This document shows, in pieces, positions 18,601 through 24,515 of a stretch of 32,000 nt of DNA. A model generated the notes under the pieces. The model searched no databases. It was given only the letters and a program-made list of their open reading frames with translations, and was not told the origin of the DNA. The stretch spans positions 1,830,001 to 1,862,000 of the forward strand of contig NC_010655.1 of assembly GCF_000020225.1 (NCBI RefSeq), written 5' to 3'. Every line of letters starts with the position of its first letter. The stretch's first letter is position 1. A program made the position numbers and the translations under genes. This DNA is from Akkermansia muciniphila ATCC BAA-835 (lineage in GTDB: Bacteria; Verrucomicrobiota; Verrucomicrobiia; Verrucomicrobiales; Akkermansiaceae).

Positions 18601-19114
18601 CGGCAATACGACGGGAGCCGGTTTCGGCGCCATGTACGAGTTGGCGTATGACATCGCTCTCAATGAAGACAGGAGCGTGATTCTCCAGCCTTTGTTTAAC
18701 GCTTCCATCGTGACGACCCGCATGGACGGCTATCGGGAAAGCGGTTCTGCCGGAAATGCCGGACTGAAGGTGGAAGACCAGGAACTGACTACGGCTGCTG
18801 TCGCTGTGGGTGCCCGGCTCTCCGGACTCATGGGGTCCAACATCTTCGGGCGTGAAGCGCTGGGAGAAGTACGGGTGAACGTTTCCCAGGATATGGGAGA
18901 CCGCCGCGGGCAGGCTAATGTGGGCTTCCTGGCAGATCCCTCCTATACGCGTCCGGTGTATGGCGCCAAGGTCGGAAGCACGGCCTTCCAGATTGGCGCG
19001 GGGCTGAGCGTTCCCGTGGGCACCCAGGGCGTCATTTTTGTGGACGGCAATGCGGATATCCGCAGCGGTTCCAGCTCCATCAACGGGAGTATCGGCTACC
19101 GCTACAACTTCTAA
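9656..19114 (+). CDS. Giant (3152-aa) type Va autotransporter / adhesin-like protein with autotransporter-associated beta-strand repeats
   Basis: One uninterrupted frame. I place the start at ATG 9656 (MKLHLPLNLLAALMTSFSGVTLGTATLAGVSGLLVTASQSYAADV, signal-peptide-like); the track start at 9596 is a non-ATG codon in A/T-rich DNA. The passenger is Gly/Thr/Ser/Asn/Ala-rich. It has many repeat units of the G-x-G-x-L-x-L-x-G-x-N type, such as VRKTGTGLLKLTGSNSGHIVVQEGNLQIGNG, LTKVGEETLTLGGTVSYTGLTDIQGGTLAL and LTKRGEGKLVLNLDNTGWNGDISVQQGELVA. The C-terminus looks like an autotransporter beta-barrel ending in GSIGYRYNF. Confidence 0.9.
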   Translation: MKLHLPLNLLAALMTSFSGVTLGTATLAGVSGLLVTASQSYAADVAFDGTQVNVAAGGSASYDVGTVTASTTLNFAGAGTAAITNLNGTAPEAILTVNRVANGGASLSTLTLNGAGTFNGIISLYSNTTGGSQNNILNLNHAQAAQYATIKLGGYGYTTGASVLKAGVNTSISKLEHNNAAALITGEGTTLTITGDSSSYGGSFGGTVTVDYTGGGTFTLGNSDKNTALSPAASPNATLKISRGTLSLFSGNVTWSQKLVMGDGTTLNVQDGPSVTGYSSYNAASINNGGFNFSGAAVFGSGVNLTSSWGKNVKFSGVLTAASGFSISGGANEYTYYNLLNTANEIGGTIAITRNSASLGISASGSLGTAAVTTSVNSQYLTYYGTAGDAADVIDNSITGAGNFVAQSGWVHLSENVALTGTYTVNSGAVLSRAGSINAALAGGRLDAGAGTMTVTELSGNGTISASAGTMNFQNAFTVGETMGILANGSGTITGNVTVDGGRLYYTSMDNVGSVLQNVTLTSGLIDFSGFQEFQDLFGSEALVNTSYNLGVDLGNGFTLADVDESLYTISTVDGKTVITFTASGAHETVWDPAWGLEEAPSSATGTLVNQQSLSLYGIRASSMQEGFGSVNAVTGTGDLTGVTLAGGYYNTASNATATEITTGIWTDVLGGNYNLIIGGSYANNWSGSGKWNVTGDVHTQIQGDTAVNWVVGGNYKDGQAAGITGNVYVSVDGNAVIKGSLIGGGTGCHNSVNNLDGSTYVVVRSMQSVTDETISLNSVVRGFIIGGSTYEANSSSRAAITGSTNVTIDLGTASGSFVKSIVGGSYSGGSGAYTVGGDSSVSITAASDAVFTGAIYGGGFSSSGTSAVSGNSSLTLDGGAYTGALYAGGGGTGSSVNGDATLTVKKAVFRTGSSLNASGGTIGGTSSLLLGGYGNTADHAISFSNTAVAGFDIVTMFQDSFFTGNLNMTGSSVLALAGGAGTGINLDGSFSLSAEGELNLDLSEFGTLTDGMSVLSTTGLSNISSIRASFADGVAGSITISDNGKDLVYTAGTLLLWEGGENGVWSAEHVWTDGGAPATYADGMAVSFADQAGVANSVVQLDTEVSPSSMLVRNSTTRYELTGTGEITNTAVAKEGTGTLVLGTSSILGTGTTVAVSQGVLAFGYDTALPVTGVTWNTGSFLGAANGATVTVDLGTVTNPVFSLSPDASSFITLATPSDIVFGNAITGEGTVRKTGTGLLKLTGSNSGHIVVQEGNLQIGNGTSSIRWGSAGSSVTLENGTSLIIAGNSSGTSHHTINSDLILGTSASDAVSLKWVDASQASAADYQHSFTGTVTVNGAVSLVGRDNWAKEMGFTGTLTGAGSLTYSRGAGDGRYNSNGKLIISGDASGFTGMITMNASNGYSAGLDLRTSISQGGVTLTSGTDTTGFAFMRVLGDVEIASLDGTENSQVGAVGGARTLTVGAGTYNGTLTDRGVALGYGATSISYDESGVLSLTKVGEETLTLGGTVSYTGLTDIQGGTLALTASGATSLGNITMAANTRMTTAGALNLAANSTLTLDISSALEVGGAFGAGTFNLTLNGLEGITDAGEYTLISAASGLDAASAVFNWAGYTGDETLIYELEQTGTSLKLVVTSAGDVWIWQGAEGVTWSDTNTGAMWGIEGSTDTAAGKNLIFNSTGAGTVTLSGAVNPASITVNNAAGSDYVFVSDGTGKIAQGTLTKRGEGKLVLNLDNTGWNGDISVQQGELVAQVANSLGSGAITVTDGVLTLATADVQLGMGMINLQGGRLNLASGSFATAFTADNMTWTGGSMTLGEEVAATVAKALANGKAVELADGSVLTVSGANDNSALNLNASGSGTVSVGLGTSYGANVLNMSTEFQGSLSVTSGYFQLNNVTMGADGILKLADSNVRTEWNGTAGGTFANDVVFTGNQVFATKDFTFSGDLSGTAFSTQGAGNITLAGGVNLDGQLKVHRGTVTVNSADVAKLGDSIDIQNNSTLAFARDFSYGGVISGTAGSTVSVNAGTLELTGANTFLGALSIAGGATARLGDGSAWAGSLSGAGSLVIDTTGEITLAAGNTGFTGSTTLSGTGTVTLAGADSLGSGRVTVNNGVLNLSSLDAANVILITKGSLANAEAKTAGNVEVAASAGTQGALNTINLGGLSGSMVGSIVMEDYSRLTGVSGALDMTGKTVTLKLDSGSLTAGGTTGQGVIDADSLTLSAATTTINLSNQGVLDLLAANRDSTDGVGLVLTTGTLAVDNFKQIGFSPLLASLGYTVTEVLGADGTLMVSGNTDLVYLVDATPNSDNPNISDYAALDPYKAVGINGTTLHVSLNGAPEASRNGDGLKVSNLVGSDGALTVTNTADDAASNHAVVDLVQDVDAGGNSYGGTISGDHVDFVKKGAETLTVEGNFTGNDSSLSSSEGNIILNGAGNSLTTLELAGGDITLGGRNDGASRVTTVETLAAGAGGGTLNLGNGAQMVLTGQQAGSHVTEVTISGDGTLTLGGTGTDSSLTLGNGSSLNGVLLDIREGSALSAATGSVNTVSGLEGGGALKLSGAEMTISSSDSHTFTGTLDGASGTLNVKSGNGSVQTIKGAGNAGYHLNVSDGGVLTLAGAAGEGGNPAQASYQGITVNGGTLNIGSADDPKTQLTLGSDGLSVTGDSTVAITTSSTTVDGLGNPFVTSSGNITLGDGTGEVTLVMNNLDTLVSGSSETLNMELFKTTDGALVSLGDNVTLQDMILGSMYENLELTTNDSMTAIILTGTARTENIFRDSSLTRNAATGADILWNSRYHMEEGSALRDFYTSVLLSQNSGDYSGAARKLAAAAGSTVTSLGIAQRDSLRDQMGWIRNRVAQMGVNPAYVHEDMPYFHMWMQGTGSYAKLDTRGDESGYELTTWGGTVGMDVDINDRLTAGAAFTANYGSLTASAADTADGDLDSYYVNLFARYQYRKWSHLLILTGGWNDASLTRTVNYGTGSYQARGNTTGAGFGAMYELAYDIALNEDRSVILQPLFNASIVTTRMDGYRESGSAGNAGLKVEDQELTTAAVAVGARLSGLMGSNIFGREALGEVRVNVSQDMGDRRGQANVGFLADPSYTRPVYGAKVGSTAFQIGAGLSVPVGTQGVIFVDGNADIRSGSSSINGSIGYRYNF
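18205..19111 (+). other. C-terminal translocator region (alpha-helical linker plus beta-barrel) of the autotransporter
   Basis: RNRVAQMGVNP is followed by alternating amphipathic strands (WMQGTGSYAKLDT, YELTTWGGTVGMDVD, LTAGAAFTANYGSLTA, YYVNLFARYQY, AGFGAMYELAYDI, AVAVGARLSG, FQIGAGLSVPV). The terminal aromatic residue (YRYNF) is typical of outer-membrane beta-barrels. The domain boundary is approximate. Confidence 0.7.
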
Positions 19115-19139
19115 AGGAAAAAACGTCGGCCAATTGGAA

Positions 19140-19172
19140 AGCCGTTGCGGATGATTCCGCAGCGGCTTTTTT
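19140..19172 (+). terminator. Rho-independent terminator after the autotransporter gene, possibly shared with the convergent OsmC-family gene
   Basis: AGCCGTTGCGG (19140-19150) / CCGCAGCGGCT (19157-19167) forms an 11-bp stem with one G-U pair and a 6-nt loop. The T6 tract at 19167-19172 overlaps the last stem base. On the minus strand the same hairpin is followed only by a weak TTTCC tract. Confidence 0.7.
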
Positions 19173-19235
19173 CATGAATGGGCGGGATTTCTTTAAGGAT
19201 AACTTCAAGCTTGGGTTGACGTTCCTGATGGCTGC

Positions 19236-19646
19236 TTACTTCCATTCCCATTCAATGGGCGTTTCCAGATCGGGCCGCAGCGCCTGGCGCACAGGGCAGG
19301 ACAAGGCGGTTTTTTCCAGCATGGCGCGGAGAGGGTGGCTGCCTTCCAGGGGCATGATTACCTTCAGTTCAATTTTTTCAATTCCCTTGGATGATTCCGC
19401 CGCACGCGCCAGAACGCGCATGCCTTTCAAATCCACTCCTTTTCTGGCCGCGACCACGGAAACCAGGCTCATCATGCAGGAGGCGAGCGTGGAACCGAGC
19501 AAAACTCCGGGGGAGGGGAATTCTGCGCGGCCTTCAAAAGAAGCGGGCAGGTCCGTGGAAAACGTGACGTTGGAAGGAATAAAGGTGGTTTCGCAGCGGA
19601 ATTGTCCGACGTTCTCCGTTTCGGAGGTGTAATAATGATCAGTCAT
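19236..19646 (-). CDS. OsmC/Ohr-family (peroxiredoxin-like) protein
   Basis: 136-aa ORF with OsmC-like features: ...PSPGVLLGSTLASCMMS... and the conserved second Cys context KTALSCPVRQAL. The overlapping plus-strand ORF 19174-19632 has no recognisable features. Confidence 0.72.
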   Translation of the reverse strand: MTDHYYTSETENVGQFRCETTFIPSNVTFSTDLPASFEGRAEFPSPGVLLGSTLASCMMSLVSVVAARKGVDLKGMRVLARAAESSKGIEKIELKVIMPLEGSHPLRAMLEKTALSCPVRQALRPDLETPIEWEWK

Positions 19647-19844
19647 GAAGGTGTGACAGCGAAAACCCTGTTCGGGTTCATCCGGTTCAGGTTATTTTCA
19701 CGTTGAAGAGCCGTGAAGTTCCGCTTTGCAGGGAACCTGGCCGTTCCTTCATGACATGGTTGATTTTTTCCTCTTGCTTCCGGTTCCCTGCATTACTTCT
19801 TTTTAAGCGTTGCTCCGCCGTGTCTTCTTGCGGCGGGAAAAAGC

Positions 19845-21008
19845 TTACGCCGTCCCCTTCGGCTTCCTTGCCGCCAGAATGCGCCGGATGGGTTCCGCAT
19901 AAAGCTCCGGCTCCAGCAGGAAGGAATCGTGTCCCTTGGTGGAAGCGATGGTATGGAACTCCGTGGGAATATGGGCGGCTTCAAGCTGCGCCGCGAAATC
20001 CTGCTGTTCCGCCGGGCGGAAACAGCAGTCTGTATCAATGGAAAAGATAAGCGCGGGAATCCCTGCGCGGCGGAAGCCTTCCAGGGCGGTTTGAAATGTT
20101 CCGTCCGGGGTGTGGTCGCGGATGTCGAACTCCGCCCACATATCCGCAATACGGATATAGGCGTTGGCGTCAAAGCGCTCCGCGAACTTGGTTCCCTGGT
20201 GAAGCATGTAGCTTTGCGTGCTGCGGGTGGGGGTCATCCACGTGAGCAGGCCGTAGTTGCCTCCCACCTCTTTTCTGGCGCGCTGTTCCAGCCCCTCCTG
20301 GTAAACAAATGATTTGTGGCCGATGATACGGGCGAACGCCAGCCCTTTTTTTGGCGCCGGTCCCCGGTAGTAATCCCCGCCTTGGAAATCCGGGTCAAGC
20401 TCAATGGCCAGGATTTGTTCAAACAGGGACAGGCGGTGTTCAATGGAAGCCCGGTAACCGGAGCCGATGGAGATGAAGCTCCGGACCCGTTCCGGGAACT
20501 GGCACGCGAAGCTGAGGGCGATCAGTCCGCCCACGGAGGGGCCCATAAGATGAACGCGTTCTATGCCCAGGCTGTCCAGCAGAAGGGCCTGGAGACGTGC
20601 CTGGTCTGCGGCCTCCACATGCGGGAAACGGGAGCCGTAGGGCTGGCCGTCCGCAGGGCAGGGGGTAGCGGGGCCTGTGGTGCCGTAGCAGCCTCCCAGG
20701 TAATTGGCGCAGATGATGCAGAAGCAGTTTGTGTCCAGCGGCTTGCCGGGGCCGATGATGCTGTTCCACCAGCCCTCGTGGTTTTCCGGTTTCCAGAGGG
20801 AATCGATGCCCGGGACTTCCGGATTGTAACCGTAGGCGTGCTGGCTGCCGGAAAGAGCATGGAACAGCAGGATGGCGTTGTCTTTATTCGGCGTCAGGGT
20901 TCCGTATTGTTCGTAGGCGACGCGAACCTTGTCCAGCGTAGCTCCATTTCTCAGGGAGAAGGAGTTGGGAAGATCCAGGAATTTGGTTTGGACGGCAGGA
21001 AGCTGCAT
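19845..21008 (-). CDS. metX: Homoserine O-acetyltransferase
   Basis: 387-aa ORF. The N-terminus (LRNGATLDKVRVAYEQYGTLTPNKDNAILLFHALSGSQHA) and the nucleophile elbow (HLMGPSVGGLIAL) are typical of MetX alpha/beta-hydrolases. Confidence 0.9.
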   Translation of the reverse strand: MQLPAVQTKFLDLPNSFSLRNGATLDKVRVAYEQYGTLTPNKDNAILLFHALSGSQHAYGYNPEVPGIDSLWKPENHEGWWNSIIGPGKPLDTNCFCIICANYLGGCYGTTGPATPCPADGQPYGSRFPHVEAADQARLQALLLDSLGIERVHLMGPSVGGLIALSFACQFPERVRSFISIGSGYRASIEHRLSLFEQILAIELDPDFQGGDYYRGPAPKKGLAFARIIGHKSFVYQEGLEQRARKEVGGNYGLLTWMTPTRSTQSYMLHQGTKFAERFDANAYIRIADMWAEFDIRDHTPDGTFQTALEGFRRAGIPALIFSIDTDCCFRPAEQQDFAAQLEAAHIPTEFHTIASTKGHDSFLLEPELYAEPIRRILAARKPKGTA

Positions 21009-21035
21009 GGATGTACGGAAAGGGGTTTGGTCAGC

Positions 21036-21069
21036 AAAAAAAGACCGGCACCCGGCGGGCGGCGGTCTT
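21036..21069 (-). terminator. Rho-independent terminator between rpmJ (type B) and metX
   Basis: Minus strand reads GAAGACCGCCGCCCGCCGGGTGCCGGTCTTTTTTTGC. The outer stem is AAGACCG/CGGTCTT (plus-strand coordinates 21041-21047 / 21063-21069) with an inner CCC/GGG helix. It is followed by T7 (plus-strand A run 21036-21042). It ends 27 nt upstream of the metX ATG. Confidence 0.6.
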
Positions 21070-21094
21070 CTTGAAATCTGTGCTGGGCCAGGGA

Positions 21095-21259
21095 TTACTT
21101 GACGCCCTTTTTGGAAAGGCGCGTGCCTGCCGTAGCGCCCTGGCGGGCCTTGAACTTGGGATTGCTCTTGCAGATCACATACAGCGTGCCCTTGCGCTTC
21201 ACGATTTGGCAGTCTGCGTGGCGGCGCTTCATAGAGGCTAAGGAAGAAAGAACTTTCAT
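21095..21259 (-). CDS. rpmJ: 50S ribosomal protein L36, type B (YkgO-like, incomplete zinc-ribbon ligand set)
   Basis: The last 54 codons of track ORF 21095-21529 read [54 protein letters not shown]. This closely resembles my recollection of E. coli YkgO ([41 protein letters not shown]...). The start is ATG at 21259 with GGAG 9 nt upstream. Confidence 0.85.
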   Translation of the reverse strand: MKVLSSLASMKRRHADCQIVKRKGTLYVICKSNPKFKARQGATAGTRLSKKGVK

Positions 21260-21298
21260 GGTGTATAACTCCGGTTTGGTGTTCGGTTCGGGAGACGG

Positions 21299-21326
21299 AA
21301 TATACCGTTTAGTTAAGAATTGTAAA
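21299..21326 (-). promoter_or_regulatory. Candidate promoter for rpmJ (type B)
   Basis: On the minus strand: TTTACA (21326-21321), a 16-nt spacer, then TATATT (21304-21299). It lies about 40 nt upstream of the ATG. An 8-bp inverted repeat GGAGACGG (21291-21298) / CCGTCTCC (21353-21360) brackets it. Confidence 0.3.
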
Positions 21327-21546
21327 GTCATTTCTTTGCCAAAAGTAAGATGCCGTCTCCGCAGAGATGCTTTTATGAGGAAGATGCAGTAAAGCATGGG
21401 ATGGCTTTGGATTCCGCGCCGGCGGAAAAATTTAGGGAAGACGTCATTTAGCCGGGAAAATAAAATGCGGGAAGGGACCTCTGCCGGGGGAATAAAGGGT
21501 TTGTGGACCGGAGGGGATTCGTATAACATCTTTTCCGGTTTTCCTT

Positions 21547-23472
21547 ATGACTGATTCTTCCTCTCCTGATTCCTCCCCGGCTTCCCGGAATACGTTTGCC
21601 CATCATTTGGGAATGAAAGGGTTTCTGCTCATGGAAGGGCTGTTGAAGCTCGTGGGCATGAAAACGCTGTACCGGCTGGGGCGCGCGGCAGGGGCCGTGG
21701 CGTGGCATCTGCTTCCCCAGCGCCGGAACATTGTGGAAAGGAATCTGCGCATCGTTTTGGATCCGGCCCTGCGCGGAAAGGAACTGCAGAAATTAAGCCG
21801 GGAAAATTTCAAAAGGACCATTGCCAATTTCCTGTGTTCCGCGAAGACGGCCACCCTGACGGATGAGCAGTTGAAGCATTGCGTGACGGTCGGAGGGCAC
21901 GAACAGTTTGCCGCGCCTGTGCTGGAAGGGCGCGGGCAGGTTTGCGCCATAGCCCACTCCGGCAACTGGGAGGCGCTGGCGAGAATACGCGCATTTTACC
22001 CAGAGGTGGAGCGTTACGGGTCCATGTACCGCCAGTTTGACAATCCGCTGATGGAGGAATACGTGTACCAGCGGCGCACGGAACGTGGAACTCAGATGTT
22101 CTCCAAGGAGGGAGGCATCAAGGCTCCCATGAAAATGCTCAAGGAAGGGGGGGCCCTGGGCGTGCTGAGCGACCAGTTCGTATGGGAGGGGGTGTATGTC
22201 CCCTTTTTCGGCAAGGTGACCGGCACGACTCCGTTGCCCGCTCTGCTGAGAAAAAGGGCTGGCGCGGACATGGTGGCCATAGCGGTGCGCACGGATGCTC
22301 CTGGCCACTGGATAGCGGATATGGGGAATGTGGTGGATTTTTCCAGGTCGGACGGCTCTCTGGCAGGGGACACGATTGAAGTGAACAGGGGGCTGGAAAC
22401 GTTGATCCGGGAATCCGTGCTGGATGTGTTCTGGATGCACCACCGCTGGAAATCCGTTGACCGCTTTGCCCCGCAGGATAAAAAAACGGCTGCGCTTCTG
22501 GAAAATATGGAGCTGAAGCCGTACCGCATTCTGGTAGCCGTTCCCAGGGCGCTGGATGAAGCCCTGGCGACTGTTCCCCTGATTCGTGCTTTGAAAACCG
22601 TCCGGTGCGACATGCAGGTGAACATCGTCTGCCCGTCTGCCCAGCTGGGGATATGGAAGACGGTGCCGGAAGTTACCCATGTGTTGCCGCACGACTCCCT
22701 GAAGCAGCTTCGGGAAGCTTTGGCAGCAGATGAATTTTACAATGACGGACCGCTGGATCTGGGTGTCATGCTGGATGGAGATATGGAAACCCTGAAAGCG
22801 CTGGAACCGTATGGCCCCATGATGTTTTCCGGGCTGGACACGCATCCCGGCGCCCGGAAGTACAAATTCCGGGTAAAGGCCCCCGTCCTGCGCGCCGCCC
22901 CCCCGGCGCACCGGGTGCAGCTTTATCTGCAATTGGGGGGGCTGCATGGGCTGGACGTCGCCACCCCGTCTTTGTTCCCTGTGAAAAAAGCGGCCCCGGC
23001 GGAAGACGCCCTCATTTTAATCGCTCCGTTTTCCCGCCTGGGGAGCGCCAGTGAATGGAGCAGGGAGCAGTGGAGGGAGCTGGTTTCCCTTTTGCCGGGA
23101 CGGACGGTGCTGGCGGCTCTGGAAGAAGACCGGGAGCGTGCCGCCTCCCTGGCGGAACATTTGAATGTGGAGCTGGCGGTGGGTGCGCCGGAGGCTCTCT
23201 TTCCCGTCATGGACGGCGCTGCGGCGGCAGTAGCCGTGGATGGCGACTTTCCGTCCCTCTGTTCTTTCCGGGGGCTTCCGGTGGTGACTCTGTTTTCCAC
23301 CCGGCTTCCGGATGTTTACCGCCCTATGGGCACATTCAACCGTTCCCTTTACAGCCACCAGTGCTGTTCTCCCTGCTTCCGGAAGGAATGTGACCGGGAT
23401 GTTCCCTGCAACCGCCACATTGCCGTGCGGGAAGTACTGGAAGCCTTGCGGGAAATTTCCGGGAAAGAATAA
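21547..23472 (+). CDS. Fusion protein: lipid A biosynthesis (LpxL/HtrB-family) acyltransferase domain plus glycosyltransferase family 9 (heptosyltransferase-like) domain
   Basis: 641-aa ORF. Residues ~20-300 resemble Kdo2-lipid IVA late acyltransferases, including the H-x4-E catalytic motif AHSGNWE (about nt 21955-21972) and NLRIV..., GVLSDQ. Residues ~325-641 resemble GT9 enzymes: YRILVAVPRALDEALATVPLIRALK, then LIAPFSRLGSASEWSREQWRELVSLL and VAVDGDFPSLCSFRGLPVVTLFS. Confidence 0.8.
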   Translation: MTDSSSPDSSPASRNTFAHHLGMKGFLLMEGLLKLVGMKTLYRLGRAAGAVAWHLLPQRRNIVERNLRIVLDPALRGKELQKLSRENFKRTIANFLCSAKTATLTDEQLKHCVTVGGHEQFAAPVLEGRGQVCAIAHSGNWEALARIRAFYPEVERYGSMYRQFDNPLMEEYVYQRRTERGTQMFSKEGGIKAPMKMLKEGGALGVLSDQFVWEGVYVPFFGKVTGTTPLPALLRKRAGADMVAIAVRTDAPGHWIADMGNVVDFSRSDGSLAGDTIEVNRGLETLIRESVLDVFWMHHRWKSVDRFAPQDKKTAALLENMELKPYRILVAVPRALDEALATVPLIRALKTVRCDMQVNIVCPSAQLGIWKTVPEVTHVLPHDSLKQLREALAADEFYNDGPLDLGVMLDGDMETLKALEPYGPMMFSGLDTHPGARKYKFRVKAPVLRAAPPAHRVQLYLQLGGLHGLDVATPSLFPVKKAAPAEDALILIAPFSRLGSASEWSREQWRELVSLLPGRTVLAALEEDRERAASLAEHLNVELAVGAPEALFPVMDGAAAAVAVDGDFPSLCSFRGLPVVTLFSTRLPDVYRPMGTFNRSLYSHQCCSPCFRKECDRDVPCNRHIAVREVLEALREISGKE

Positions 23473-23562
23473 TCTGGGAAGGGACGGAATGCCGCCCCCC
23501 GGCGTTGGCGGAAAAACGGCGGGAATGCTGCCGTTGCCGTAAAGAATGATGGAATAACGAAA

Positions 23563-23597
23563 GGAATTGCGGAAATGCCGTATTCCGGAGCAATTCC
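23563..23597 (-). terminator. Long imperfect hairpin in the convergent gap; possible terminator for pflA and/or the LpxL-GT9 gene
   Basis: GGAATTGC (23563-23570) / GCAATTCC (23590-23597) plus an inner GGAA/TTCC helix. On the minus strand it is followed by TTTCGTTATT. On the plus strand a T5 tract follows only after 15 nt. No canonical U-tract on either side, hence the low confidence. Confidence 0.3.
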
Positions 23598-23719
23598 AGA
23601 AATGCGTCTTCCTTTTTGCATGGGTTCTGTAGTGGAGGGAAGAGGGCCCCTCATCCGGAAGAGGGGGATGCCTGCGTCCGGTTTGCTGCGGTTGGTGGCG
23701 CCAAAGCGCGAAAATCCGG

Positions 23720-24499
23720 TTAATGCACGCAATCCGGAAAGCCGCCCCGCCGGAAAATGCCGCGGACCTGTTCCGCCAGTTCTGCGGACGCTTCCGGGAC
23801 GTCCTTCAAAGTATAGTCCAGCTTCAATTCATCCCATTTGAATCTCCCCAGCTGGTGGAAAGGGAGCACGTCCACGCGTTCCACGTTGCCCAGAAGCGCC
23901 GCATGGCGGGAGAGTTCCTCAATTTCTTCCAGATTGTCCGTAACGCCAGGTACCAGCACATACCTCAGCCACACGGGCTTGCGGAGGGAGGCCAGGCGTT
24001 CCGCAAACTCCAGTGTAGGGCGCAGTTCCCCGCCTGTCAGGGCGCGATACCGTTTCGGATTCCATGCCTTGATATCCAGCAGGACCAGGTCCGTATCCGC
24101 CAGCATTTCTTCGCCCGCATTCACGCCCAGATGGCCGGAGGTATCCAGGCAGGTGTGCAGGCCCAGTTTCCGGCAGCCTTTCAGCACGGCACCGGCAAAA
24201 TCCGGCTGGAAGAGGGGATCCCCGCCGGAGAGGGTGACGCCGCCGCCCGCCGCCTGCAAAAAATCCCGGTAACGGGCTATTTCCTTGAGGACATCATCTG
24301 CGCTCCTGGTCCGTCCCCGCCGCACGTAAGAGGTATCCGGATTGTGGCAGTAGCGGCAGCGCAGGCTGCAGCCGGACAGGAAAAGGACGAAGCGGATGCC
24401 GGGGCCGTCCACGGTGCCGCAGGATTCCACGGAATGAACCAAACCGGTGACGGAGCTTTCTCCGTCCGGATCATGGTTTTGTGGAAAAACCTGCGGCAT
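23720..24499 (-). CDS. pflA: Pyruvate formate-lyase activating enzyme (radical SAM)
   Basis: 259-aa ORF with VESCGTVDGPGIRFVLFLSGCSLRCRYCHNPDT (the CX3CX2C radical-SAM cluster motif). It lies 16 nt downstream of pflB on the same strand. Confidence 0.93.
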   Translation of the reverse strand: MPQVFPQNHDPDGESSVTGLVHSVESCGTVDGPGIRFVLFLSGCSLRCRYCHNPDTSYVRRGRTRSADDVLKEIARYRDFLQAAGGGVTLSGGDPLFQPDFAGAVLKGCRKLGLHTCLDTSGHLGVNAGEEMLADTDLVLLDIKAWNPKRYRALTGGELRPTLEFAERLASLRKPVWLRYVLVPGVTDNLEEIEELSRHAALLGNVERVDVLPFHQLGRFKWDELKLDYTLKDVPEASAELAEQVRGIFRRGGFPDCVH

Positions 24500-24515
24500 C
24501 CGCTTGCAGTCCGGG

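Noticed and set aside
19174-19632. 152-aa plus-strand ORF overlapping the OsmC-family gene.
   Set aside because: The minus-strand product has the OsmC-family pattern, including the CPV motif. The plus ORF has none.
19647-19844. Hairpins in the metX-to-OsmC spacer (CCGCCG/CGGCGG at about 19815-19838; AACCC/GGGTT at about 19664-19678), considered as terminators.
   Set aside because: Neither is followed by a U-tract on the transcribed (minus) strand.
21260-21529. N-terminal 90 codons of the 144-aa track ORF containing L36.
   Set aside because: L36 is a ~40-55 aa protein. The internal ATG at 21259 has a GGAG SD and gives a full-length YkgO-like sequence. The upstream part has no protein-like features.
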